Notes: generated by a model not told the origin, from the sequence alone. A stretch of 64,000 nucleotides of DNA from Eledone cirrhosa (GCA_964016885.1 OZ024742.1:329840001-329904000); one strand, 5' to 3'. Counted from the stretch's first letter, positions 16,780-31,483 are shown. Program-made: numbers and translations.

Positions 16780-16874
16780 ATATAAGTATGTATATATACA
16801 TACATATATGTATACAGACTTACAGTTGTATGTATACATACGTACAGTAGTGTGTATAAGGATATACATATATG

Positions 16875-16925
<51 letters not shown>

Positions 16926-17178
16926 GTATGGATTCACTGAACATTTAGTATAATGCTCGGTGTGTTTGTAAACAAACATCCCGAATTAAGCCGTAAGGTG
17001 TCTAGCAACCATCGTTGCTCATTTGCTCAACACTGACATAGTAATGCTGTACTAGTTTCAAGTTTATTAGCTATCGTCAGCAACCTATACCTTCCTGCCA
17101 GATGATTGAACGTCGGAAAGTATATCATTTCCGTATGCATATTTACGGCTGAGCAACATAATTTGCATATCGAGTGAT
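16780..17178 (-). repeat. Non-coding repeat family D copy with HHR (about 17046-17084)
   Basis: Matches 51590-51990 and 57720-58720; tactagtttc...tatcgtcag is the reverse complement of an HHR. Confidence 0.75.
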
Positions 17179-17207
17179 ATATATATATTATATAAAAATA
17201 TATATAT

Positions 17208-17281
<74 letters not shown>

Positions 17282-17295
17282 CATATATATGTACG

Positions 17296-17335
<40 letters not shown>

Positions 17336-17446
17336 ACGTATATATATATTATATATATATACGTATATATATATATATATATTATATATATATACGTATA
17401 TATATATATAAGTATATATATATATATAATATATATATATATATAA

Positions 17447-17517
<71 letters not shown>

Positions 17518-17558
17518 ATATAAGTATATATATATATATAATATATATATATATATAA

Positions 17559-17631
<73 letters not shown>

Positions 17632-17899
17632 ATATAAGTATATATATATATATATATTGGTAAACGGAATAGAAAATGCTGACAAATTGTTCACAGTTGA
17701 AAAATGGTTTAATTAGGAATAAAAGAGTATTAGTGATTGTATGGGTTATTATTCAGTTGTGGTTTTAAGTTTTTAAGTTTTTACCGGTTGCGCATTTCTA
17801 AATGCTTTTCAAAAATAATTTTGAGATAGAGTGTCCGTGCTGTTTGCTCTGATCTGATTGGCTTTGGGAATTCTACCTGTTTTTATGTTATATATATAA

Positions 17900-18002
<103 letters not shown>

Positions 18003-18069
18003 TATATAAAATATTAAAAAAAATAATGAATAAAACAATGGAACAGTTCATTATATTAAACAAAAAAAG

Positions 18070-18223
18070 TTCATTATTTAACGATCGTTTCTGGGATATA
18101 TATGTGTTAGAATTGGCATGTATATTTAACAGATCTATGTACAAAATTATACAAAATTATACAAACTATCAAAATTAAATATACCCACCAACTCATATAC
18201 ATGCCGTCTTCAGAAATAACGAA
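18070..18223 (-). ncRNA. Family A long-stem-II HHR
   Basis: Reverse complement of the motif described at 46266-46418. Confidence 0.7.
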
Positions 18224-18822
18224 ATATATTTATTGATAATAACAACAATTCAAAATTACAGGTCTGTTTGGGAACAGAGTTCAAATTGACCAATGGAAAC
18301 ACAAACAGTTTATACAGTTAGGTGTGTGTATATATGTAAGTAACTTCGTTCACAGATATGCATAAAAATATATGTTCACATGCATACGCATGCCGAAAAG
18401 ATGTATGTAAATACAAAAATTCAGGGCTAATGTCTCTGTATGTTTATAATCTACAGATAAAATACATATTCGCATATAAACATATAAATATAAAAATAAA
18501 TATATACACATTCATATACTCACACATATACATACATTCACACACACACGCGCATATACGCATAAACATACACACAACCACGAACATACATACACACACA
18601 CACTCACACACACATATATGTGTATATACTATTATCATAAGCATATGGACATTAATGCGCGCACATAAACACTGCCACACATATTTAGATCCAGATACAG
18701 AAAGTAGGTGGGGGCGGGGAAGGTCAGTATTTACTGGTGTCAGCAAACTGCCTATTTATAAATGTATCTATAAACTTAGAAATAAAAAGAAAAAGAAAAA
18801 AGAAAAATATTAAGAAAATATA

Positions 18823-18902
<80 letters not shown>

Positions 18903-18928
18903 AAGTAAAATATAAAATATACATCGAT

Positions 18929-19013
<85 letters not shown>

Positions 19014-19214
19014 CATATACATACACATATACATAAACACATACATACACATACATATACATACACACACCATATATATACACCCATACACATACACACA
19101 CGCACATACATATAGAGACACATACATATACACATATATATACATAGACATAGACATATATACACACATATATATATATATATATACACACATACATATA
19201 TACATACATCCACA

Positions 19215-19292
<78 letters not shown>

Positions 19293-19345
19293 ATACACAC
19301 ATACATAAATACACTCATGTATATAAACACGTACACATACATACC

Positions 19346-19391
<46 letters not shown>

Positions 19392-19478
19392 GTAGGAGGT
19401 GAGCTTTATTGTAGTACAATAAAGCAATGCAGATATCGGATAAGAAGCACTCTGCAGTTTGTGGGACTGGAGTATGCA

Positions 19479-19758
19479 TAATATAAGATCAAAAGATGGT
19501 TAAAGGAGTTCCATATATTTTATTATGCGCATTTCAAAAACAAACATCATCATGCAATAATATTTGTGTTTTCATCAGATAAAATAGGAGAACATGATAT
19601 GTTGATTTAAAACTGCACTATCCACAAGTGTTTTTTAGCCTTCATATCATGTTCTCCTATTTTATCTGATGAAAACACAAATATTATTGCATGATGATGT
19701 TTGTTTTTGAAATGCGCATAATAAAATATATGGAACTCCTTTAACCATCTTTTGATCT

Positions 19759-19765
<7 letters not shown>
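19479..19765. repeat. About 123-bp inverted repeat, each arm with an HHR (19516-19586 -, 19658-19728 +)
   Basis: tattttat CTGATGA [36-nt stem II] GAAA tgcgca TA ataaaata. Confidence 0.8.
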
Positions 19766-19848
<83 letters not shown>

Positions 19849-19913
19849 ACACACACATGTACACATACACATATACACAACGATATATATATATACACAC
19901 ACGTATATAATAA

Positions 19914-19946
<33 letters not shown>

Positions 19947-20720
19947 CATGTATATATACACACATATATATACATACATACATATATATACTCATACATA
20001 GACATACATATATACACACACACATACACACATACATATACGCATATATACACATACATACACATCCGTGTATATGTTAATTTTATTTTTTGTTTACCTA
20101 TAATTATATTCTACTATAGATAAAATACAATATCTGTTTTAATTATTATAAACCTAATTAACATATACTATAGAAATTAATATATAATTTTTAATTTAGT
20201 TAACCTATAATTTATATTCTACTACCGATGTAATACTTTATTTGGGATTTTTCCCTATTACTAAATTCATTTCCTAATATTGATACCATAACATTAATAA
20301 TTTTAATGTAGTTATACTATAATTAATACTCTACTACAATTTAACTTCAAAATTCCGCTTCAAATATTATAAACCTAAGTAGTATACACCTTAGAAATCA
20401 ATATATTAACTATCTTTAATTTAGTTAACCTTTAATTAATAGTCTACTTATATTAAAATGCATAATTTTGCCTTCTTTCTTACATTTCCTAATACTGAAA
20501 CTACTATGTAAACACATATTATGATCTAAATGCAGATTAATATTCTATGTTTCTTGAAACCTATATTTACTATAATCCCCTTCCCCACCCCCTATTATTA
20601 TTTGTATTTGTAAGCGTGGATGTATGTATGTATATGTAGGTAGGTATGTATATTTGGGTGTTTGTATGTGAGTATAAAAATACATATGTGCGCATGTAAA
20701 TAAGGGTGTGTAATTGTATG

Positions 20721-20774
<54 letters not shown>

Positions 20775-20891
20775 TATGTATCTATGTATTTATGTGGGTA
20801 TATGTGTGTATGTATATGTATGCGCATGTATACGTCTATGTGTATATGTGTGTATGTGTATATATGTACGTATATGTGCATGTATATGTGA

Positions 20892-20943
<52 letters not shown>

Positions 20944-20985
20944 AGTTGATGTGTGTATGTGTATATATATATATGTATGTATATG

Positions 20986-21068
<83 letters not shown>

Positions 21069-21511
21069 GTGTATATATATGTATGTGTATGTGTGTGCAT
21101 ATTTGTCTAACTGGGTGTATTAATTAATTTATTTATTTATTTATTTTATTTTTTTATTTCTTTATTTTTATATATATGTATATATATATATATATATATA
21201 TGTGTATATATATATCTATTTATATATGTATATATGTGTATGTATATCCCTTTATTTATGTATGTCTGAGTTGTGTGAGCGTGTGGTTGTGTTTGTATGT
21301 GTATACGCATACATGGATGTGTATGTATGTGTATATATGCGTATATGTATGTGTGTATGTGTGTGTGTATATATGTATGTCTATGTATGAGTATATATAT
21401 GTATGTATGTATATATATGTGTGTATATATATATGTATATATATATTTATTATATACGTGTGTGTATATATATATGTCTTTGTGTATATGTGTATGTGTA
21501 CATGTGTGTGT

Positions 21512-21603
<92 letters not shown>

Positions 21604-21683
21604 ATATATATATATGTGGGTATGTATGTGTATGTGTGTATATACATGAGTGTATTTATGTATGTGTGTATAGATATATATAT

Positions 21684-21737
<54 letters not shown>

Positions 21738-21944
21738 TGTGAATGTATGTATATATGTATGTGTGTATATATATATATATATATATGTGTGTATATATGT
21801 ATATGTCTATGTATTTATATGAGTATATGTATGTGTCTCTATATGTATGTGCGTGTGTGTATGTGTATGGGTGTATATATATGGTGTGTGTATGTATATG
21901 TATGTGTATGTATGTGTTTATGTATATGTGTATGTATATATATG

Positions 21945-21975
<31 letters not shown>

Positions 21976-21977
<2 letters not shown>

Positions 21978-24907
21978 TGGAATAAATGCTCTGAAATAGC
22001 GATATATATGTGAATATAGACATAGAATATTCGAAAATAATCTGTATGTTTATAATAAACATTTTGAAGACCTAATCGCTATAGAATAGAATACGTCACG
22101 TATTACAATTAGATTCTCGATAAAAGCAAGGGAAGTAATCTACGCGTTTCATTCTTGTTAGAAATCATCAGGACTACATATCCAGTGCTTTTATCGAGAA
22201 TGACACAGCTAGAGACTTATAGAATACTTAGCTGTGTACAGGAACTGGTTTGAAAGAGCGGTTGCCGGTCCGGCAGAAATTAGAAATTGGAATAAATGCT
22301 CTGAATAAATGCTTTTATCGAGAATCTAATTGTAATACGTGACGTATTCTATTCTATAGCGATTAGGTCTTCAAAATGTTTATTATAAACATACAGAATA
22401 TTTTCGAATATTCTATGTCTATATTCACATATATATCGCTATTTCAGAGCATTTATTCCAATTTCTAATTTCTGCCGGACCGGCAACCGCTCTTTCAAAC
22501 CAGTTCCTGTACACAGCTAAGTATTCTATAAGTCTCTAGCTGTGTCATTCTCGATAAAAGCACTGGATATGTAGTCCTGATGATTTCTAACAAGAATGAA
22601 ACGCGTAGATTACTTCCCTTGCTTTTATCGAGAATCTAATTGTAATACGTGACGTATTCTATTCTATAGCGATTAGGTCTTCAAAATGTTTATTATAAAC
22701 ATACAGAATATTTTCGAATATTCTATGTCTATATTCACATATATATCGCTATTTCAGAGCATTTATTCCAATTTCTAATTTCTGCCGGACCGGCAACCGC
22801 TCTTTCAAACCAGTTCCTGTACACAGCTAAGTATTCTATAAGTCTCTAGCTGTGTCATTCTCGATAAAAGCACTGGATATGTAGTCCTGATGATTTCTAA
22901 CAAGAATGAAACGCGTAGATTACTTCCCTTGCTTTTATCGAGAATCTAATTGTAATACGTGACGTATTCTATTCTATAGCGATTAAGTCTTCAAAATGTT
23001 TATTATAAACATACAGAATATTTTCGAATATTCTATGTCTATATTCACATATATATCGCTATTTCAGAGCATTTATTCCAATTTCTAATTTCTGCCGGAC
23101 CGGCAACCGCTCTTTCAAACCAGTTCCTGTACACAGCTAAGTATTCTATAAGTCTCTAGCTGTGTCATTCTCGATAAAAGCACTGGATATGTAGTCCTGA
23201 TGATTTCTAACAAGAATGAAACGCGTAGATTACTTCCCTTGCTTTTATCGAGAATCTAATTGTAATACGTGACGTATTCTATTCTATAGCGATTAGGTCT
23301 TCAAAATGTTTATTATAAACATACAGAATATTTTCGAATATTCTATGTCTATATTCACATATATATCGCTATTTCAGAGCATTTATTCCAATTTCTAATT
23401 TCTGCCGGACCGGCAACCGCTCTTTCAAACCAGTTCCTGTACACAGCTAAGTATTCTATAAGTCTCTAGCTGTGTCATTCTCGATAAAAGCACTGGATAT
23501 GTAGTCCTGATGATTTCTAACAAGAATGAAACGCGTAGATTACTTCCCTTGCTTTTATCGAGAATCTAATTGTAATACGTGACGTATTCTATTCTATAGC
23601 GATTAAGTCTTCAAAATGTTTATTATAAACATACAGAATATTTTCGAATATTCTATGTCTATATTCACATATATATCGCTATTTCAGAGCATTTATTCCA
23701 ATTTCTAATTTCTGCCGGACCGGCAACCGCTCTTTCAAACCAGTTCCTGTACACAGCTAAGTATTCTATAAGTCTCTAGCTGTGTCATTCTCGATAAAAG
23801 CACTGGATATGTAGTCCTGATGATTTCTAACAAGAATGAAACGCGTAGATTACTTCCCTTGCTTTTATCGAGAATCTAATTGTAATACGTGACGTATTCT
23901 ATTCTATAGCGATTAGGTCTTCAAAATGTTTATTATAAACATACAGAATATTTTCGAATATTCTATGTCTATATTCACATATATATCGCTATTTCAGAGC
24001 ATTTATTCCAATTTCTAATTTCTGCCGGACCGGCAACCGCTCTTTCAAACCAGTTCCTGTACACAGCTAAGTATTCTATAAGTCTCTAGCTGTGTCATTC
24101 TCGATAAAAGCACTGGATATGTAGTCCTGATGATTTCTAACAAGAATGAAACGCGTAGATTACTTCCCTTGCTTTTATCGAGAATCTAATTGTAATACGT
24201 GACGTATTCTATTCTATAGCGATTAGGTCTTCAAAATGTTTATTATAAACATACAGAATATTTTCGAATATTCTATGTCTATATTCACATATATATCGCT
24301 ATTTCAGAGCATTTATTCCAATTTCTAATTTCTGCCGGACCGGCAACCGCTCTTTCAAACCAGTTCCTGTACACAGCTAAGTATTCTATAAGTCTCTAGC
24401 TGTGTCATTCTCGATAAAAGCACTGGATATGTAGTCCTGATGATTTCTAACAAGAATGAAACGCGTAGATTACTTCCCTTGCTTTTATCGAGAATCTAAT
24501 TGTAATACGTGACGTATTCTATTCTATAGCGATTAGGTCTTCAAAATGTTTATTATAAACATACAGAATATTTTCGAATATTCTATGTCTATATTCACAT
24601 ATATATCGCTATTTCAGAGCATTTATTCCAATTTCTAATTTCTGCCGGACCGGCAACCGCTCTTTCAAACCAGTTCCTGTACACAGCTAAGTATTCTATA
24701 AGTCTCTAGCTGTGTCATTCTCGATAAAAGCACTGGATATGTAGTCCTGATGATTTCTAACAAGAATGAAACGCGTAGATTACTTCCCTTGCTTTTATCG
24801 AGAATCTAATTGTAATACGTGACGTATTCTATTCTATAGCGATTAGGTCTTCAAAATGTTTATTATAAACATACAGAATATTTTCGAATATTCTATGTCT
24901 ATATTCA
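21976..24907 (+). repeat. Retrozyme-like tandem array 1: inverted about 330-bp head (21976-22310) plus about 8.4 x 310-bp HHR monomers
   Basis: gcttttatcg recurs at 22311, 22621, 22931, 23241, 23551, 23861, 24171, 24481, 24791; units almost identical. Confidence 0.95.
22571..22613 (+). ncRNA. Minimal type I HHR, repeated every 310 bp to 24741; also 25422, 25732, 26042 (+) and 22135-22177, 25178-25220 (-)
   Basis: gtagtc CTGATGA t-ttct-aaca-agaa-t GAAA cgcg TA gattac: stem I gtagtc/gattac, palindromic stem III CGCG, GUA cleavage triplet. Confidence 0.9.
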
Positions 24908-24972
24908 TATATATATATATATATATATATATAGATATGTATGTATATCGATGTATATTTTATATTTTACTT

Positions 24973-25018
<46 letters not shown>

Positions 25019-25024
<6 letters not shown>

Positions 25025-26205
25025 ATAAATGCTCTGAAATAGCGATATATATGTGAATATAGACATAGAATATTCGAAAATATTCTGTATGTTTATAATA
25101 AACATTTTGAAGACCTAATCGCTATAGAATAGAATACGTCACGTATTACAATTAGATTCTCGATAAAAGCAAGGGAAGTAGTCTACGCGTTTCATTCTTG
25201 TTAGAAATCTTCAGGACTACATATCCATGTTTATTATAAACATACAGAATATTTTCGAATATTCTATGTCTATATTCACATATATATCGCTATTTCAGAG
25301 CATTTATTCCAATTTCTAATTTCTGCCGGGCCGGCAACCGCTCTTTCAAACCAGTTCCTGTACACAGCTAAGTATTCTATAAGTCTCTAGCTGTGTCATT
25401 CTCGATAAAAGCACTGGATATGTAGTCCTGAAGATTTCTAACAAGAATGAAACGCGTAGATTATTTCCCTTGCTTTTATCGAGAATCTAATTGTAATACG
25501 TGACGTATTCTATTCTATAGCGATTAGGTCTTCAAAATGTTTATTATAAACATACAGAATATTTTCGAATATTCTATGTCTATATTCACATATATATCGC
25601 TATTTCAGAGCATTTATTCCAATTTCTAATTTCTGCCGGACCGGCAACCGCTCTTTCAAACCAGTTCCTGTACACAGCTAAGTATTCTATAAGTCTCTAG
25701 CTGTGTCATTCTCGATAAAAGCACTGGATATGTAGTCCTGAAGATTTCTAACAAGAATGAAACGCGTAGATTACTTCCCTTGCTTTTATCGAGAATCTAA
25801 TTGTAATACGTGACGTATTCTATTCTATAGCGATTAGGTCTTCAAAATGTTTATTATAAACATACAGAATATTTTCGAATATTCTATGTCTATATTCACA
25901 TATATATCGCTATTTCAGAGCATTTATTCCAATTTCTAATTTCTGCCGGACCGGCAACCGCTCTTTCAAACCAGTTCCTGTACACAGCTAAGTATTCTAT
26001 AAGTCTCTAGCTGTGTCATTCTCGATAAAAGCACTGGATATGTAGTCCTGAAGATTTCTAACAAGAATGAAACGCGTAGATTACTTCCCTTGCTTTTATC
26101 GAGAATCTAATTGTAATACGTGACGTATTCTATTCTATAGCGATTAGGTCTTCAAAATGTTTATTATAACATACAGAATATTTTCGAATATTCTATGTCT
26201 ATATT

Positions 26206-26210
<5 letters not shown>
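25019..26210 (+). repeat. Retrozyme-like tandem array 2: inverted head (25019-25227) plus about 3.2 x 310-bp monomers
   Basis: Same monomer as array 1 but all copies have core CTGAAGA. Confidence 0.95.
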
Positions 26211-26255
<45 letters not shown>

Positions 26256-26846
26256 CTTAATATTTTTCTTTTTTCTTTTTCTTTTTATTTCTAAATTTAT
26301 AGATACATTTATAAATAGGCAGTTTGCTGACACCAGTAAATACTGACCCCCCCCCCCCCCACCTACTTTCTGTATCTGGATCTAAATATGTGTGGCAGTG
26401 TTTATGTGCGCGCATTAATGTCCATATGCTTATGATAATAGTATATACACATATATGTGTGTGTGAGTGTGTGTGTGTATGTATGTTCGTGGTTGTGTGT
26501 ATGTTTATGCGTATATGCGCGTGTGTGTGTGAATGTATGTATATGTGTGAGTATATGAATGTGTATATATTTATTTTTATATTTATATGTTTATATGCGA
26601 ATATGTATTTTATCTGTAGATTATAAACATACAGAGACATTAGCCCTGAATTTTTGTATTTACATACATCTTTTCGGCATGCGTATGCATGTGAACATAT
26701 ATTTTTATGCATATCTGTGAACGAAGTTACTTACATATATACACACACCTAACTGTATAAACTTTTTGTGTTTCCATTGGTCAATTTGAACTCTGTTCCC
26801 AAACAGACCTGTAATTTTGAATTGTTGTTATTATCAATAAATATAT

Positions 26847-27000
26847 TTCATTATTTCTGAAGACGGCATGTATATGAGTTGGTATGTATATTTAATTTTG
26901 ATAGTTTGTATAATTTTGTATAATTTTGTACATAGATCTGTTAAATATACATGCCAATTCTAACACATATATATCCCAGAAACGATCGTTAAATAATGAA
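26847..27000 (+). ncRNA. Family A long-stem-II HHR
   Basis: ttcattattt CTGAAGA ... GAAA cgatcg TT aaataatgaa. Confidence 0.7.
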
Positions 27001-27234
27001 CTTTTTTGTTTAATATAAGGAACTGTTTCATTGTTTTATTCATTATTTTTTTTAATATTTCATCTTGACTCTGTATTCCGTTTATCTTTCACCGAAAGTG
27101 ATTTATCATTGCACCTCTTCTTTCCATGATATCCGGGTTACATTGAGTTCTTCATACGGATTGGACACTACCGTAAACTCTTGGTAGATTTATCTACATA
27201 TATAAGTATATATATATATATTATATATATATAA

Positions 27235-27306
<72 letters not shown>

Positions 27307-27355
27307 ATATAAGTATATATAATATATATATATACATATATATATATGTATATAT

Positions 27356-27448
<93 letters not shown>

Positions 27449-27458
27449 ATATATATAT

Positions 27459-28226
27459 AGTTACCTACCTAGCTATGTGTGCCTACACACTTTTACAAAT
27501 TATCCATTGTGATTGTTTCATATTTTTAATTATATGTCAATGTAGTTGATATAAAATGCTCGGATCTACTCATTAGAATCTTGGAGCATATTTTACGGGT
27601 GATATGGCGCATGTCTATCTGACATGACACCCGTAATTTAATTTCATTTCAATTAATTTAATTCAATTAATCTTAATTTTGGATATATATAAATACGGCC
27701 TCTTAATTGTAGAGCTAACTCAGTACGAAAGTACTTGACTGCTCTTTCTAGTTGTCGATAACCCTATTCTCGCCACTTGGACGAAGCTCGTATGATGTGT
27801 GTATATTTAGTGGATACAGCACGTGTCAATGGCCAGTCGCTGAATTGAACTTGATGCGTAAACACAGATCGCTGGACCTCTTCCTTGTTGAAAATCCAGG
27901 ACCTGGCTACTGCCGTTTACCAATCGATTAATTGGTGAAATATATTTCTTTAATGGAATATATACGAGGAAGATTAATCAAATTGTAAGGTATCTATTTT
28001 TGAAGTTCTAGTTAAAATTTATTTAGTTACACACCTAGCTATGTGTGCCTACGCTCTTTTACAAGTTATCCCCTGTGATTGTTTCATATGTTTAATTATA
28101 TGTCAATCAATTTCTAGTTGATATAAAATGCTCGGATCGACTCATTAGAATCTTGGAGCATATTTTACGGGTGATATGGCGCATGTTTATCTGACATGGC
28201 ACACTTAATTTAATTTGATTTAATTT

Positions 28227-28227
<1 letters not shown>
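27459..28227. repeat. Non-coding partial tandem repeat (period about 566 bp), family E
   Basis: agttac..cctagctatgtgtgcctac at 27459 and 28025; shares blocks with 31518-32280; flanked by (TA)n. Confidence 0.75.
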
Positions 28228-28294
<67 letters not shown>

Positions 28295-28319
28295 AATATA
28301 TATATATACATATATATGT

Positions 28320-28848
28320 AAAAATGAAGTCTATTCTTGAAACACACAAGATCCTTAAAAGTAAAAGACAACCCAAATCACTTAAACGCATTCTCACTGG
28401 ACCAAATATACCCAAACCAATCCTCAACCCTACAGTTACCAAATGTGGTAGAACAAACTGTGGAACGTGCCTCTACCTCACTGAAGGACAAACATTTACA
28501 TTCAAAGATGGCCAAACATTTACAGTAAAAAACAATTTCACCTGCAACTCGGAGAACTTGATTTACGCAATAACTTGCGGTGGGTGCAAACACAACTACA
28601 TAGGACAGACGGGCACCTCATTACGCAAAAGAATGACCATCCACCGCCAACAAATCCGGGACGCTAACACAAGAAAAATCCCCTTGAGCAGCCATATTGC
28701 GAACTGCGCAGGAATGACACTACCCAACTTTAAAATCTTCCCCTTCTACAAGTGCTCAGATTCGTTCACACAGCAACAAAGAATAAACAAAGAAAATCTA
28801 TTCCTTAACAAATTTAAACCAAAACTAAACGGGTTATCACCCCAATAG
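28320..28848 (+). pseudogene. 5'-truncated PLE linker + GIY-YIG endonuclease (Neptune-like), open to its stop
   Basis: SKRQPKSLKRILT, KCGRTNCGTC, NLIYAITCGGCKHNYIGQT, RMTIHRQQI, FKPKLN. Confidence 0.88.
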
Positions 28849-29619
28849 AATTGTCATAAAATATAAACACACATACGCACGGAATCACTACTATTAAAGA
28901 CCAGAGACCAATTCTGTAGAATCAGGTTTATTCATTGACAGACCATGCCTTTGTGTGACCAACACATCCATGTTAAACTCTGCACGTGCACACACATATA
29001 TATATATATATATGCGCACACAGAATTCACCACTGTCGGTTGCGGGGCCCAATCTACATGAAGAACTCAATGTGATCAGAATGACTTGTATTTTAATTTC
29101 ACTGCCCCAACTTCTTATATTATGGAAACAATATATGTCTGTATGTATATATATATATATATATATTTGAAGGCCATTTCTCTGTGTGTGGGTGTATGTA
29201 TGTGTATATGTGTGTGTGTGTATGTGTGTGCATGTGGATGTATGTATTGTGTGTGCGTGTGTGTGTGTGTGTGTATGTATGTGGGTATCTGGATGTATGC
29301 GTATGTGTATATATATATATATGCGTGTGTGTGTGTGTGTGTGTATATATATGTGTGTGTGTGTGTGTGTATATATATGTGTGTGTGTGTGTATGTTTGT
29401 ATGTGTGTATGTATGTATATATGTGTGTGTGTGTATATATATATGTGTGTGTATGTATGTGTGGGTATGTGTGTGTGTGTATGTATGTGTGTATCCGGAT
29501 GTATGTGTATGTATATATATGTGTGTGTGTATATATATATATATATGTGTGTGTGTATGTGTATATATGTGTGTGTGTATGTGTGTATGTATATGTATGT
29601 GTGTGTGTATGTATGTGTG

Positions 29620-29658
<39 letters not shown>

Positions 29659-30012
29659 GTATATGTATGTATGTGTGGATGAAGGTATGTGTGTATATAT
29701 AGGTGTAAGTGCACTAAATCCCTTTCTATCACGCTCCACTCTCCTACCCATCACAGGAAGATATATGTATGTATATTGCTTCCACCCCCTCACTGACCAG
29801 CAGCTGGCCAGTTGGTGATTGCTAAATCTGACCTTTATAAAATAACCCACACCCAAATAACTTCTCATTCACTACCAGAAAGGGACACAGCAGTCAACTG
29901 TTGTTGCTACCTAGATGAAAACTGCTATGAAATCCCACAATGAATTTTATACTTGAATTTTCAAGTCTCAAATTTTAACTCTTCGTATTATTAATTTTTC
30001 TTAATATTAATC

Positions 30013-30060
30013 AACATTTGAAAAGATGGCTTTTGCAGACCCATCGAAACCGGTCATTTT
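30013..30060 (+). ncRNA. Minimal HHR, U3-A8 core variant, imperfect stem I
   Basis: aacat TTGAAAA gatgg..ccatc GAAA ccgg TC atttt; lies downstream of the 28320-28848 EN fragment. Confidence 0.55.
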
Positions 30061-30196
30061 TTATACCCTTTATTATTTCCTTACCTTATAAAATTATGTT
30101 TTTTCACAAAAAAGTATTCTGTCTCTTATATATTCCATGTGCCATTACCAACCTCAATTTTCTCTATAACCTTCGTTTTGTGTAGAAAATTACACT

Positions 30197-30376
<180 letters not shown>

Positions 30377-31062
30377 TATTTACGTATCGAGGGAGAGAGA
30401 AAAGGGGATTTAGGTGATACATATAGTTATTTGCCAGGTAGCGTATGCCAATGGTGTTCAATACTAGTGACGGCAGTATTAAATATTCGAAGTGTTAATA
30501 TTTAGTGGGCTAGAGAGTTAGCAGAGTGTAAGCACGCGGGTAAGTAAGAAATCGGAGAATAGACCGTTAAACATCTTTATTTAAAACACCACATACGTAC
30601 GTTTCGCCCAGTTGATCTTCTCAAGGGCATAAATAATAAAAAGTGTTGCTTACATTTCTCGGAAAGAGTTTTCGGGGTTAAATCCACGTCAAGGTTCATT
30701 GCTCGCAAAAATAGCTTGTTTTGATTTTGCAGCAGGTCAAGGGAGGTAACTCTGGCCGGTGTTAGGGCAGTCTTTACCGGACACATTTTTTATCTGCTAC
30801 GAGATGAGATTACAACCTTACGATTGTCGATACGCATGTAATCAACTCTTATTTTGATAGTTGTTTTTTTGTGTTTTTTTAGCCGCATCTGTTTGTCTGA
30901 GTCGTTTGTGGCTGTGTCTGGTATGCAAGGATAGTTTCCTGGGTGTTATTTTGCAGCACCTGCCCGTCGGGGGGTTAAGACTTGTTGCAAGGAAATCCGG
31001 TGCATGGTTTCACTCCTCATCCTTAACCCATCTGAAAAAGGATATTTTTATATTTTTAAGGG

Positions 31063-31099
<37 letters not shown>

Positions 31100-31122
31100 G
31101 CAATTTTCTGCTTCCCTAACTA

Positions 31123-31153
<31 letters not shown>

Positions 31154-31244
31154 ATTATATATATATATATATGTGTGTACACATCGCTTAAATATATCCT
31201 TCTTCAGATGGGTTAAGGATGAGTAGTGAAACCGTGCACCGGAG

Positions 31245-31480
31245 AGGCACAACAAAAAACAAAGAAAAGAACCCCCAGTCACTGAAGAGGTCACAGAATG
31301 TGTGACGAAAGAACTTTGACAATTTATAAACAACCATCTGGTTGTGGAACCAACCATCTGGTTGTGGAACCAACCAACCAACCGGAAATTTATAAATTCC
31401 TAAATTTATAAATTTATTATAAAAAATTGAATTGAAACACTGGTGCGTGTGTTTCTTATTGGCAACATGACCCTCCCAAA

Positions 31481-31483
<3 letters not shown>
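31245..31483 (+). mobile_element. PLE family B 3' end with HHR-like motif at 31278-31320
   Basis: gtca CTGAAGA g gtcaca gaatg tgtgac GAAA gaac TT tgac; matches 12408-12600. Confidence 0.75.

Larger units (their letters stand above)
18005..27198. mobile_element. PLE family A non-coding 3' region: inverted copy (18005-20075, -) joined to forward copy (20076-27198, +), interrupted by later insertions
   Basis: Same unique landmarks as 8420-11122 and 44295-46616; 18005-18815 is the reverse complement of 26250-27060. Confidence 0.8.

Noticed and set aside
22311-26210. CRISPR array or prokaryotic system
   Set aside because: Units are fully identical 310-mers without variable spacers; no cas genes; eukaryotic context
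30577-31000. Short ORFs and gaaa-cgtacg-ta motif on the minus strand
   Set aside because: No recognisable protein motif; HHR core and stem I could not be assembled
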